In this document: piece by piece, positions 8,998 through 19,030 of the stretch
Layout of the letters: the number at the start of each line of letters is the position of its first letter
How positions within the stretch are numbered: position 1 is the first letter of the stretch
DNA from: Bacilli bacterium
GTDB taxonomy: Bacteria; Bacillota_I; Bacilli_A; RFN20; CAG-826
Direction: 5' to 3'
Length of the DNA stretch: 64,000 bases
Assembly: GCA_045628045.1 (NCBI GenBank)
Contig: JAZQOV010000001.1
Location: forward strand, 88,151 to 152,150
Notes under the pieces: model-generated
What the model was told of the DNA's origin: nothing
Seen by the model: only the letters and a program-made list of their open reading frames with translations
Database searches by the model: none
Translations under genes and position numbers: made by a program

Positions 8998-11442
8998 ATG
9001 TCGAAGAAAAAAAGAAGAAATAAAGATAAAAATAATGCAGAGCATTATGATTTAGACATTGAATTTGGTTTAAGCTCAGCACAAGTAAGAGAGCGAGTTA
9101 AAAATAAACTTACAAACAAAACAAAAAAATATGTTTCTAAATCATACTTCAGAATTATTTACGAAAATTTAATTAACTTTTTTAACTTACTTTTAATCGC
9201 TATTTCCGTAGCAATGGTTATTGCTCGTCTTGAAATTGGCAAGTTTGTATTTTTGGGAATTCTTATTTTAAATATTGCAATTGGTTTATACCAAGACTTT
9301 AGAGCAAGAAAATTAATTGATAAGTTAAAAGTTGTTTCTTCTATAAATGTTAATGTTTTAAGAGATGGCACTTTTCAATATGTCAAATCTCCAAATGTTG
9401 TTTTGTCAGACATTATTGAGATTAAACAAGGCAGTCAACTTGTTTGTGACGGAACAATTGTTGATGGTTTCGTCGAATTAAATGAATCACTTTTGACTGG
9501 AGAATCTGCCAATATTTCCAAGAAAACTGGCGATAATGTTTATTCAGGTTCCTTTGTTACATCTGGAAGAGCTCTATATAGAGTCGATCATATCGGTAAA
9601 GATAATTATTCAGAAAAGTTGATGAATAATGCCAAAAAGTTCAAACGTGTTAAATCAGAAATTTTAAGTTCAATAAAAGCAATTTTTAAAATTATTACCG
9701 TGTTCGTTATCATTTTGGGAGCCGCTCAAATTGCAATTCACTGGAATGATTTACAAGACATAAATAGCCAAGGATTTTCTGATGCGGTTGCAAGTATATC
9801 AGGATCTTTAGTTGCAATGATTCCTATTGGAATGTATTTATTGACTTCTATCACATTAGCTGTCGGTGTTATTCGCTTAGCAAATAAGAAAATGCTTACT
9901 CAAGACATGTATTGCATTGAGACATTAGCTCGAGTAGACACTTTGTGTCTTGATAAAACCGGAACTCTAACAGATGGAAATTTATCAGTCCATAAAGTTG
10001 TTTCTACTTCTGAAATAAGCGAAAGAGATTTAGCAAAAATTGCCGTTACTTTAGTAGATGCTACGAGAGATGATAATTCCACAGCGACAGCAATACGTAA
10101 TGAATTTCATACTTTGAATAAATTTGATTCTTATTTTGCTGTTCCATTTAATTCACAAAGAAAATATTCGGCTGTTATGCTTGAAGATGGTCGTTCTATT
10201 GTTATGGGCGCTCGCGAATTTATTCCGCACACAAACAAGGAAGTAGATCCTTTGTGTAGAGAATACGAAAAACTTGGTATGCGTGTTCTCGTTTTAGCAC
10301 AATATAATCACGTTATTTCAATTGATGAAAAACTTGGCCCGTCTTCTATTTTGGGGTTCATTGTTTTACAAGATCATATTAGAGATGATGCTCCAGAAAA
10401 TATTAAATGGTTTAAAGAAAACGGCGTAAATATCCGCATAATTACCGGAGATAATCCAGAATCTGCGGCAGAAATTGCTCGTCGTGCAGGTATTGAAGGA
10501 GCCGATAAATATATTTCTCTTGAAGGTATGAGTCTTGAAGAAGTGCGTCATATTGCAAGAGAATATACAATCTTTGGTCGTGTTAGCCCTGAACAAAAAG
10601 CACAAATTATTGAAGCTTTGAAAGATGATGGTCACACTGTAGCAATGACCGGTGATGGAGTTAATGACATTCTTGCACTTAGGGTTGCAGATTGTTCAAT
10701 TGCCATGGCTTCAGGCTCTGATGCTGCAAAGAATGTTTCGCATCTTGTTTCCTTAGATTCGAATTTCTCGTCTCTTCCTGATGTTGTTAAGGAAGGGCGA
10801 AGAGTTATTAATAACTTACAGCGTTCTGTCGCTGTCTTCTTGATTAAAACAGTGTTTGCAATGTTAGTTACTGCTTTATTCTTGCTAAAAGCATTTAAGA
10901 TTGCAGATGTTTATCCATTTGAGACAAACAACATGTATATCTGGGAAATCATAAGTATTGGCATTGGTTCATTGTTCTTATCGCTGCAGCCAAATGAAGA
11001 AAAAATTAAGTCAAAATTCTTGATGAATATTGGATTTAGAGTCCTTCCTGCCGCGATAATTCAAACACTCTTTGTAGTGTTCTTCTTCCTCTATGAAAAG
11101 GATGTTGAAGTAGCCACAAGTTTATCTGTGCTTTCTTTCTCAATATTTAGTTTTGTTATTTTGATTCGTATTTGCTTACCGTTTGATATTTATCGTTTCT
11201 TCCTTGTTGTCGGACTCGTATTTATAAGTTCGATTGTGATGGTCGCAGACTACTTTGCAAATAGCGCCCATTTTAATCTAGGAATTAATTATTCAGTTTT
11301 ATTAAATAAAGAACATGCTTTGACGTTAATAGTTGTTATGATTGTGTCCCTTATTCTTTATATTGCACTTTCATACGGCGTTCACGTTTTGCATAACTAT
11401 ATAGATAAGAAGATGGAGGAAAAGAAATATGATCGTTTCTAA
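8998..11442 (+). CDS. P-type ATPase (CtpE-like, substrate unknown)
   Basis: TGES, DKTGT, TGD, GDGVND motifs; about 10 TM segments; atypical M4 motif MIPIGM. Confidence 0.93.
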   Translation: MSKKKRRNKDKNNAEHYDLDIEFGLSSAQVRERVKNKLTNKTKKYVSKSYFRIIYENLINFFNLLLIAISVAMVIARLEIGKFVFLGILILNIAIGLYQDFRARKLIDKLKVVSSINVNVLRDGTFQYVKSPNVVLSDIIEIKQGSQLVCDGTIVDGFVELNESLLTGESANISKKTGDNVYSGSFVTSGRALYRVDHIGKDNYSEKLMNNAKKFKRVKSEILSSIKAIFKIITVFVIILGAAQIAIHWNDLQDINSQGFSDAVASISGSLVAMIPIGMYLLTSITLAVGVIRLANKKMLTQDMYCIETLARVDTLCLDKTGTLTDGNLSVHKVVSTSEISERDLAKIAVTLVDATRDDNSTATAIRNEFHTLNKFDSYFAVPFNSQRKYSAVMLEDGRSIVMGAREFIPHTNKEVDPLCREYEKLGMRVLVLAQYNHVISIDEKLGPSSILGFIVLQDHIRDDAPENIKWFKENGVNIRIITGDNPESAAEIARRAGIEGADKYISLEGMSLEEVRHIAREYTIFGRVSPEQKAQIIEALKDDGHTVAMTGDGVNDILALRVADCSIAMASGSDAAKNVSHLVSLDSNFSSLPDVVKEGRRVINNLQRSVAVFLIKTVFAMLVTALFLLKAFKIADVYPFETNNMYIWEIISIGIGSLFLSLQPNEEKIKSKFLMNIGFRVLPAAIIQTLFVVFFFLYEKDVEVATSLSVLSFSIFSFVILIRICLPFDIYRFFLVVGLVFISSIVMVADYFANSAHFNLGINYSVLLNKEHALTLIVVMIVSLILYIALSYGVHVLHNYIDKKMEEKKYDRF

Positions 11443-12328
11443 AGAAGTTAAACAAGCTTTAAAAAAGCATCAACCAGTAGTTGCTCTTGAATCAACAATC
11501 ATTTCGCATGGCATGCCATATCCTAAAAATGTTCAAACAGCTTATGCTGTCGAAGAAGAAATTAGAAAAAATGGGGCAATTCCTGCAACAATTGGAATTA
11601 TTGACGGCGAACCAGTTATTGGAATGAGCCATGAACAAATTGAAGAATTTGGGAAAAGAAAAGGTGTTAAAAAAGCATCAAGAAGAGATCTTCCAATTAT
11701 TTTTGCTAATAAAGAATGGGGCGCAACAACTGTTGCTGCGACAATGATTTTAGCAAACATGGCTGGTATTGAAGTTTTCGTTACTGGCGGAGTTGGCGGA
11801 GCTCATAGAGGAGCAGAAAATAATTTTGATATTTCTGCGGATCTTGAAGAACTCGGGAAAACAAACGTTACTGTTGTTTCAGCAGGCGTTAAAGCAATTT
11901 TGGATTTAAACTTAACATTAGAAATTTTGGAAACAAAAGGCGTTCCTGTTTTATCTTATGGAACGGATGAATTTGCTGATTTCTATACAAGACATTCTGG
12001 AATTAAAATGGAAAACGTTGTTAATTCTCCATTAGAAGTAGCAAAAATTATTAAAGCAAAAAGAGATAATAAACTTAATGGTGGAATTTTAGTTGCAAAC
12101 CCAATTCCTGAGGAATTTGCTATGGATTCTAAGGTAATTAATGCCGCAATTGAAAAAGCACTAAAGATGGCGGATGATGCACATGTTAAAGGTAAAGACA
12201 TTACACCATTCTTATTAAAAACAATTGTTGAACTTACAGGCGGAGATTCACTTGAATCGAATATTAAGCTTGTCTTAAACAATGCAAAATTAGGAGCAAA
12301 AATTGCTAAAGAATATTGCAACCTATGA
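11429..12328 (+). CDS. psuG: Pseudouridine-5'-phosphate glycosidase
   Basis: VALESTIISHGMPYP, ATTVAATM, FDISADL, GKDITPFLL. Confidence 0.93.
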   Translation: MIVSKEVKQALKKHQPVVALESTIISHGMPYPKNVQTAYAVEEEIRKNGAIPATIGIIDGEPVIGMSHEQIEEFGKRKGVKKASRRDLPIIFANKEWGATTVAATMILANMAGIEVFVTGGVGGAHRGAENNFDISADLEELGKTNVTVVSAGVKAILDLNLTLEILETKGVPVLSYGTDEFADFYTRHSGIKMENVVNSPLEVAKIIKAKRDNKLNGGILVANPIPEEFAMDSKVINAAIEKALKMADDAHVKGKDITPFLLKTIVELTGGDSLESNIKLVLNNAKLGAKIAKEYCNL

Positions 12329-12849
12329 AAATTGAGCAAGTATTCCAAGATGGCTTAAGAACATTGCTTAAGGAAAAACCTCTTGAAGAAATTAATGTAA
12401 TTATGTTGTGCGATTTTGTTAAATCAAATCGTCAAACTTTTTACTATCATTTTAGAGATATTTCTGATGTTGTTGATGCAACATTTTTAAAGGCAAAAGT
12501 TGGTTACAACAGAAAGTTCTTGGATTACGAACCAATATTAAAAGAAATGATTTCTTATATTAGTGAAAATTATCAATACGTATCAGCAGTTAACAAATCA
12601 TATGCATCTGATAAATTGTATTCATTTTTCTTCTCTTATTTTTATTTAAGAGTTGGAAATCTATTGAAAAACCACGGTATTTCTGGAACAGATATAACAA
12701 GATACATATCAGTTTTATCTGCTCAAGAGCTAATATTCTGGATTTCAAATAGAAGATCAGAAAAGAACATTTCATTAATAAAAAGGCTAAATACAGTTTG
12801 GCATTATTTAGTTTCACAATATCAATCAGATTTAAAACGTTCATATTAG
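12325..12849 (+). CDS. TetR/AcrR-family transcriptional regulator
   Basis: N-terminal HTH ending NRQTFYYHFRDI; ATGA overlap with the psuG stop. Confidence 0.85.
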   Translation: MKIEQVFQDGLRTLLKEKPLEEINVIMLCDFVKSNRQTFYYHFRDISDVVDATFLKAKVGYNRKFLDYEPILKEMISYISENYQYVSAVNKSYASDKLYSFFFSYFYLRVGNLLKNHGISGTDITRYISVLSAQELIFWISNRRSEKNISLIKRLNTVWHYLVSQYQSDLKRSY

Positions 12850-12859
12850 GAGAAAGATT

Positions 12860-13975
12860 ATGAGAAAAGAAGAAATTAGAGGTTTAATAATTTACACAAT
12901 TCTTATTGCAGTAGCTTTAATTGTTGGAATGACCGCAATTAAAGATGCATTTCAAGAATATTACAGCATTAAAATGAATCAATTTTTGTTTGTTATTCTT
13001 TGTTTGGCAATTGCATACTTAGTAAACGCTATTGGCCATGAATTGCTTCATATGTTTGGGGCCGCACTTGGCGGATATAAAGTTGTTTCGGTAAATATTT
13101 TATATTTCTGTTTTGAACATAATGGCTTCCACTTTAGAGAATTTGATGGATTCACTGGCGAAACAAAAATCGCTCCAGGTAAGAAAGCTAAGAAAAACAT
13201 TAATTTATTTATGTGGCTTCCTATTTTTGGTTGGGCAGCAGAAATTGCAACATGTATTGTTATTATGTCTTCAACCAAATCAAATGCAATAGCTGATGCC
13301 TCATGGTTAGTTGTTGCATCAATATTCTTTATTCTTGTATCTTCAATGATGGCATTCTATGAATTAATTCCAATTCGTTTAGATTGCAAAACTGATGGTT
13401 ATAGAATGAGATTATTCTCAAACCCAATTAATGTAAAAGCATATAACGAAATGCTCGATATTCAAGATAAACAAAGACGTGGCGAAAAAGTTGAAAATGT
13501 TCCGGTTTTTGAAGAAATTACTGAATACACCGCAGAACTTAACACAATCGCTATGTATCACTTCCTAGGTAAGGAAAATTACAAAAAGAGTGGAGAAATC
13601 ATTGATATTTTGTTAGCGAATGAGAAAAAACTTAACACAAATGATATTTATAGATTAATTTCTCAAAAGCTTTATATAGAGATTCTTACTAAACCACTTG
13701 AAGATGCTAAAAAGTTATATGATAAGATTGCACCAATTGAGGTTAGAAGATTTATTGCAAATGATATTTCAATGGAATCAATTAGATCTTATATTTTGAT
13801 AGCAGGAATGATTGAAGGATCAGAGGGTGAAGTTAAATATGCTTTATCAAAAGTTGAAAAAGCAAAGAAACGTGCGCTAGCCTCACAAAGAGACGTTGAA
13901 GAAAAACTCCTTATGAAGGCAGTTGATTATGTTTATAAAAATCATCCAAAATGGCAAAAAGAAATCGCCGCGTAA
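12860..13975 (+). CDS. Site-2 protease (M50)-like membrane metalloprotease with helical C-terminal domain
   Basis: HELLH in a TM helix, downstream PIRLDCKTDG (xDG third ligand), four TM segments. Confidence 0.65.
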   Translation: MRKEEIRGLIIYTILIAVALIVGMTAIKDAFQEYYSIKMNQFLFVILCLAIAYLVNAIGHELLHMFGAALGGYKVVSVNILYFCFEHNGFHFREFDGFTGETKIAPGKKAKKNINLFMWLPIFGWAAEIATCIVIMSSTKSNAIADASWLVVASIFFILVSSMMAFYELIPIRLDCKTDGYRMRLFSNPINVKAYNEMLDIQDKQRRGEKVENVPVFEEITEYTAELNTIAMYHFLGKENYKKSGEIIDILLANEKKLNTNDIYRLISQKLYIEILTKPLEDAKKLYDKIAPIEVRRFIANDISMESIRSYILIAGMIEGSEGEVKYALSKVEKAKKRALASQRDVEEKLLMKAVDYVYKNHPKWQKEIAA

Positions 13976-13992
13976 TGCGACGATTTTCTTTT
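13958..13992. terminator. Probable bidirectional terminator between convergent genes
   Basis: AAGAAATCGCCGC-GTAAT-GCGACGATTTTCTTTT imperfect stem with A/T tails. Confidence 0.55.
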
Positions 13993-14308
13993 AGTCTTTT
14001 TCCTCGTATCTAGAATTATCTTCTCTGGCAAAATCTTCGTAGATGATATTTGCTTTATCTTCTCTAACAATTGTTGCACAGAGATGTTCGCCTTTTTTAG
14101 GTTCAGCTAGTGTAGACTCATCACACAAGAAATCTTTAGGATCTAAATTATAATCTTTGCAGATTCCTTCAATATCTTTTATTTCAGGTTTTTCGCCGTT
14201 TTTCCAGGCTTTTAAACTATTTAATTTTATATGATATTTAGCTGCGAACTTTTTATCGTTTAGTTTAAGAGATTCTTGTAAGAATAATATTTTCTCTCGG
14301 AATTTCAT
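13991..14308 (-). CDS. XRE/Cro-family helix-turn-helix protein
   Basis: KFAAKYHIKLNSLKAWKNGEKP...ICKDYNLDPKDFL fits the HTH_3 pattern. Confidence 0.65.
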   Translation of the reverse strand: MKFREKILFLQESLKLNDKKFAAKYHIKLNSLKAWKNGEKPEIKDIEGICKDYNLDPKDFLCDESTLAEPKKGEHLCATIVREDKANIIYEDFAREDNSRYEEKD

Positions 14309-14309
14309 A

Positions 14310-14834
14310 TTATTTTTTCTTTAAAAGATCTCTAATTTCAGTTAATAATTCTTCTGTGGTTGGAGCTGGTGCTTCAGGAGCAACTGGAGTTGGTCTTTCT
14401 TCAGGATGCTTTTGATAGTATTTTTCTCTTTCAGCAGCATCAAGTTTTTCTTTTGCTTCTTTTGCTTTGTTCATACCTTTAACAATAAGGAATAAAACCA
14501 TAGCAATAATGAAGAAATTAATAATTGCAGAAATAAATGCTCCCCAATCAATATAAATTGATGAAGCCCAATCAACAACTTTGGTGCCTTCTTCGTTAAC
14601 TGCATAAACTGGTGAAAGCATTGTACGTGCTGATGCTAAAGCATCACCACCACCTATTAATGAAATAATCCAGTTGATGAGTGGTGTAAAAATATGGCTT
14701 GTTAAAGCGGTAACGATAGCGGTAAATGCACCACCAATGATAACGCCAACAGCTAAATCAACAACACTGCCTTTTGATATAAATTTTTTGAATTCAGCAA
14801 AGAAACCAGTACCTTTTTCACGATGTTTTCTCAT
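14310..14834 (-). CDS. mscL: Large-conductance mechanosensitive channel
   Basis: EFKKFISKGSVVDLAVGVIIGGAF; FISAIINFFII; LLTEIRDLLKK. Confidence 0.96.
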   Translation of the reverse strand: MRKHREKGTGFFAEFKKFISKGSVVDLAVGVIIGGAFTAIVTALTSHIFTPLINWIISLIGGGDALASARTMLSPVYAVNEEGTKVVDWASSIYIDWGAFISAIINFFIIAMVLFLIVKGMNKAKEAKEKLDAAEREKYYQKHPEERPTPVAPEAPAPTTEELLTEIRDLLKKK

Positions 14835-14923
14835 AACAAAATTCCTCCTATTAATATTGATTATAAAACACTTTTATTTGTTATAAAAGTCAAATTGATA
14901 TAATATAGACGCGGAGAATTCAT

Positions 14924-15775
14924 ATGAACAAAGTAAAAATTCTAGTAGATTCTTGCTCAGATTTATCAAAAGAAATTTATGAGCAAAATAAAATGGATGT
15001 TTTAGCCCAAAATGTCTCTTTTGGCGAAAAAAATTATAAAGACGGAATTGATATTACGTTAGAAGAACTATTCGCAAATGTTGAAAAATTTGGAGAACTT
15101 CCACATACTGCAGGTCTTTCGCCAGCAGTTTTTGATGAATATTTTTCAAAAAATATAAAAGAAGGTTATGACATAGTTTATGTTGGACTTGGTTCAAAAC
15201 TTTCTACAACATTTCAAAATGCATTTATTGCAAAGCAAAATTATCCAGAAGACAGAATCTTCCTTGTAGATTCAAATACTCTTTCTTCAGGAATTGGTCT
15301 TTTGGCTCTAAAAGCATGCAAATTTAGAGATGAAGGATTAAGTGCTGCAGAAATAGCAGAGAAGTGTAGAGCAATCGTACCAAACATTACTGCGCAATTT
15401 GCTGTTGAAACACTTGATTATCTTCATAAAGGCGGAAGGTGTAACGGAGCTAAAGCTCTTATTGGTCATTTATTACATGTTCACCCATACATTAAAGTAG
15501 TTGATGGATCACTTATTGTTTACAAGAATCCAAGAGGGCCAATGAGAATTGCAATTAATGAACAAATCAACGAACTTAAGGCAGTATTATCAAAGTTAGA
15601 TCCGGATCATGTGATCATTACGCACGCGGGCGCTACTAAAGAAATAGAAGATTACGCGAAAAACGAATTATCTAAGATAGTTCCAAAAGAAAAGATTTGT
15701 ATAACAAGAGCAGGAAGCGTTATTGCTTCCCATTGTGGATCTGGAGCGATAGGCATTTTGTATATAACAAAATAG
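14924..15775 (+). CDS. DegV-family fatty-acid-binding protein
   Basis: ILVDSCSDL, SKLSTT, LDYLHKGGR, IASHCGSG. Confidence 0.93.
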   Translation: MNKVKILVDSCSDLSKEIYEQNKMDVLAQNVSFGEKNYKDGIDITLEELFANVEKFGELPHTAGLSPAVFDEYFSKNIKEGYDIVYVGLGSKLSTTFQNAFIAKQNYPEDRIFLVDSNTLSSGIGLLALKACKFRDEGLSAAEIAEKCRAIVPNITAQFAVETLDYLHKGGRCNGAKALIGHLLHVHPYIKVVDGSLIVYKNPRGPMRIAINEQINELKAVLSKLDPDHVIITHAGATKEIEDYAKNELSKIVPKEKICITRAGSVIASHCGSGAIGILYITK

Positions 15776-15782
15776 GAAAAAT

Positions 15783-15808
15783 AAAAACTGGCGCGAACGC
15801 CAGTTTTT
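15783..15808. terminator. Bidirectional intrinsic terminator
   Basis: AAAAACTGGCG-CGAA-CGCCAGTTTTT between convergent genes. Confidence 0.9.
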
Positions 15809-15820
15809 CTTTAGGTTAAT

Positions 15821-17647
15821 TTATTTGTTTCTTACTCCAGGATATTCCTCATCTGAAGGTTCGTTTTCATCTTCGAGATATGGAGTATATGGTGGATAAG
15901 CGATGTATGAAGGTGAATTGTATATAATTTGAGTTTGTGTTTGATACATACGTGCTGCCTTCTTGTCATGCTTTTCAATACGTTTAACCATCTTATTGTT
16001 GACTTTAAGTCTATGTGCAATGATTGCGTAGATAATTCCAAGCACGATCATTTCAAGATAAACATATGATGCAACAAAGCAGTTTGTTTTAACAGTAACT
16101 GTTGAGTCTTTTATAACGTTTGCGTATGTTTGATATTTTGAAGACAATCTACCTGCAACTGTATCTACAAGTTTTGGCATCATCTTGCTAAAAGCAACAG
16201 TTAAGACAACACCGAGTAAAAGTTCAATGAATGCAAAGACATAAACAACCCATAATTTGGTCCAGCATTTTTCCTTCTTGAATAAACGAATGAAGGTAAT
16301 TAATCCAAATAACACCCACGGGAATGCTAATAATGCAAAGTAGGCTGTGAAGATAAGTGGAGTTACTTTTCTAACAGATTTTTGTGTAATTCTATTGATT
16401 GTTCCCATTGGAAGTAAACCTTTGATCTTTTCTTGTACAGTCAAGATTAATTTACTTTCTTCTGCTGCTGATGTTTCTCTATCAACGACTTCGTCTCTTT
16501 TTATTGATTTAGTGACTGGAGTTTTGAAGTAGTAATCCATCAAACCAATTAAAGCAGCATCAATATTAAGGATAATAATTTCATAATATTCGGTATTTGG
16601 ATCAAATGATTGTCCTTCAGCACCGACTACTTTTTGGTATTCATTGCCGACTTTAACATAGAAGTTTTGTGTAGCTTCGCTAATCAAACCAGTTGGTTGT
16701 GGTTCTGCTACTCTATAGTCTGTAAGGCCAGGCATTGTTTGAAGAGCTTGAACCATCTTATTTTCAATGTCGGTTGTGTCAACATCTTCATAGTCAATGG
16801 TTTCAAATCCTGGGACTTCTTTTTCTTGCATATCTTGAAGAACACCGAAGACACCAGCGCCGTATTTTACTTCGTAATAAGTTGTACCTGGATCGAATGA
16901 ATTTCCGGTGAATTTCACATATTCTTCGCCATTTTTTACAAAGTAAGAATGTGAAGCATGAACAGCATCTGTTGGTTGTGGATCTGCAACAACATAGTCA
17001 CTTGTACCAGCTAATACCTTTGATAATTCGGCAACAGATGTTGTTTCTTGAGAATCGAAGAGGTCATAGGCATTTTGAACAATTTGATTAACTGTGTCTG
17101 CATCAGCAATTGGTTCTTCTTGACCGGAGCTACTATCAAAGTAATTGTGAATTTGGTTTTGCATTTGGTCAGTAATGACTTCAGCAGCAACTTCCATAGC
17201 AACAGCTTTAATAACAACTTTAAGTCTTGGTGTAACGACTTGTGCTAATGTGTAAGAAATATTATCGATATTCCTATCGACGAATTCTTTAAATACAGCT
17301 TCATTTCTTGGGTGGAAACAAGAACCAACCTCTAATTCGATTGTGAATTTTTGGTTTTTGACTGCTCCAACACCAGGAGTTGTATCTGTACCATAAACAA
17401 TTCTTTCAGCGCTTAACTTATTTAAGATGTCGATTTCTTCATCTTCTGTTAAACGGTAAATAGCTTTTTCTTCTTTGGTACGATTTGTTGGGATACCATT
17501 GTCGACAAGCATTTGATAAAGATTACCTTCACTAAAATTAAGGTTAAGATCAACCTTCATTAATGGAAAAAGCCCTAAGCTGATTGCAGCAAAAACGGCA
17601 CATCCAAGGAAGATAACGTTGAATATACGAACTAACATTTTTCTCAT
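15821..17647 (-). CDS. Hypothetical membrane protein with large extracytoplasmic domain containing two ~45-aa repeats
   Basis: One N-terminal and three C-terminal hydrophobic helices; repeated DYxVAxPQPT...SFDPxTxYYE. Confidence 0.8.
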   Translation of the reverse strand: MRKMLVRIFNVIFLGCAVFAAISLGLFPLMKVDLNLNFSEGNLYQMLVDNGIPTNRTKEEKAIYRLTEDEEIDILNKLSAERIVYGTDTTPGVGAVKNQKFTIELEVGSCFHPRNEAVFKEFVDRNIDNISYTLAQVVTPRLKVVIKAVAMEVAAEVITDQMQNQIHNYFDSSSGQEEPIADADTVNQIVQNAYDLFDSQETTSVAELSKVLAGTSDYVVADPQPTDAVHASHSYFVKNGEEYVKFTGNSFDPGTTYYEVKYGAGVFGVLQDMQEKEVPGFETIDYEDVDTTDIENKMVQALQTMPGLTDYRVAEPQPTGLISEATQNFYVKVGNEYQKVVGAEGQSFDPNTEYYEIIILNIDAALIGLMDYYFKTPVTKSIKRDEVVDRETSAAEESKLILTVQEKIKGLLPMGTINRITQKSVRKVTPLIFTAYFALLAFPWVLFGLITFIRLFKKEKCWTKLWVVYVFAFIELLLGVVLTVAFSKMMPKLVDTVAGRLSSKYQTYANVIKDSTVTVKTNCFVASYVYLEMIVLGIIYAIIAHRLKVNNKMVKRIEKHDKKAARMYQTQTQIIYNSPSYIAYPPYTPYLEDENEPSDEEYPGVRNK

Positions 17648-17701
17648 ATTTTTACCCTCTTCTCAAATAATATTGTAGTAATAATATACATTATTGTTTC
17701 T

Positions 17702-19030
17702 TTATTGTCCACTAATTGCCATTTTTTTGATTAAAATTGATGGGCAAGACATTTGGTTACCAATAACCAATTTAGAGTTATTAGCAACAACTTTAATGTT
17801 ATTAAAAACATTTATTAGGTTATCAGCGACAGTAATAAGTGACAATGGTTCTGCCTTTTTTCCATTTCTAATCATAAAACCGCTACATTGAAGTGAAAAA
17901 TTTCCTGAACTTGCATTCATGCCTGAATGAAGACCTGCCAATTCTGTTAAATAAACGCCTTCTTCAATTTCAGAAAGCATTTCCTCTTCGGTTTTACGCC
18001 CTGGTTTTACAATAACATAACCAACATCAGCACTTGCCTTTCCTTTGCCATAACCGTTACCGGTTGGCTCAACTTTATCTTTAATTGCAGTTTGCAATGT
18101 GTACAAGTATGTTGAAATAACACCTTTATTGATTAAATATTTTTTGTTAGTGGCGACTCCTTCGTCATCAAAATATCTAAAGAAAATATTTTTCTCTAAT
18201 GGATTTTCGATAACAGTAAGTTTTTTTGATAAAACTTGTTGATTTAATTTTCCCTCGAATAAGGAAGTGTGTTTTTGTATTTCTTCTGCATCTAATGAAC
18301 TTATTAAAAAGCTAAGTAATGTTGAAGCTGCATCAGGATTTAAAACAACAGGGTATTTTTTGGATTTACATTGGACTGATCCAAGTTTTGATAAAGCTTC
18401 ATTTGCAACTTTTTTAACAAATTCGTCAATGTCAAATTCTTCAGGATCTGTTGACACAAAAGCGTCATAGCCTGTACGAATCTCACCATTTTCTTTTGCA
18501 GTAACTTCAGCAAAATATGAATAATTAGCAACCTTTTGTGAAAGTTTTAAACCATAAGAATTTGACTTCTTCATACAGGTATATGATTGTTCATATCCGA
18601 CAGAAACAACCTCATTTATTCTGCTATCAAATTTGAGTAATTTTTCCTCAATTTTGAGCAAAATATCCACCTTTTCACGGGTATTTTCATCTAAAACAGC
18701 TTTATTAAAAATTGATTTTTTGTGATATTTTTCACTACCTTTAAAAATGGAAACTGGATCATTATTTTCAATTAAAGAAGCTGTTCTTTTTATTGTGTTT
18801 ATTAGAAATTCAGGAGCCTCTTTACTTAGAGATTCTGTAGATGCCATTCCTAATTTTCCATTTATAATTCCGCGTGCAACAAGATTAAAAGATTGACTAG
18901 AGGTGAATGAATCTATTTCCTTATGGAAAACAGAAATGGATAATGTAGAACTTTCGGTCGATGTTACATCAGCCGATTCAAATTTATTCTCTTTTGCAAG
19001 TTCAAAGAATCTTTTTTCATTAAATCTCAT
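17702..19030 (-). CDS. pmbA: TldE/PmbA family protein
   Basis: FDDEGV, GLHSGMN..SGNFS; lacks HExxGH; overlaps tldD. Confidence 0.88.
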   Translation of the reverse strand: MRFNEKRFFELAKENKFESADVTSTESSTLSISVFHKEIDSFTSSQSFNLVARGIINGKLGMASTESLSKEAPEFLINTIKRTASLIENNDPVSIFKGSEKYHKKSIFNKAVLDENTREKVDILLKIEEKLLKFDSRINEVVSVGYEQSYTCMKKSNSYGLKLSQKVANYSYFAEVTAKENGEIRTGYDAFVSTDPEEFDIDEFVKKVANEALSKLGSVQCKSKKYPVVLNPDAASTLLSFLISSLDAEEIQKHTSLFEGKLNQQVLSKKLTVIENPLEKNIFFRYFDDEGVATNKKYLINKGVISTYLYTLQTAIKDKVEPTGNGYGKGKASADVGYVIVKPGRKTEEEMLSEIEEGVYLTELAGLHSGMNASSGNFSLQCSGFMIRNGKKAEPLSLITVADNLINVFNNIKVVANNSKLVIGNQMSCPSILIKKMAISGQ

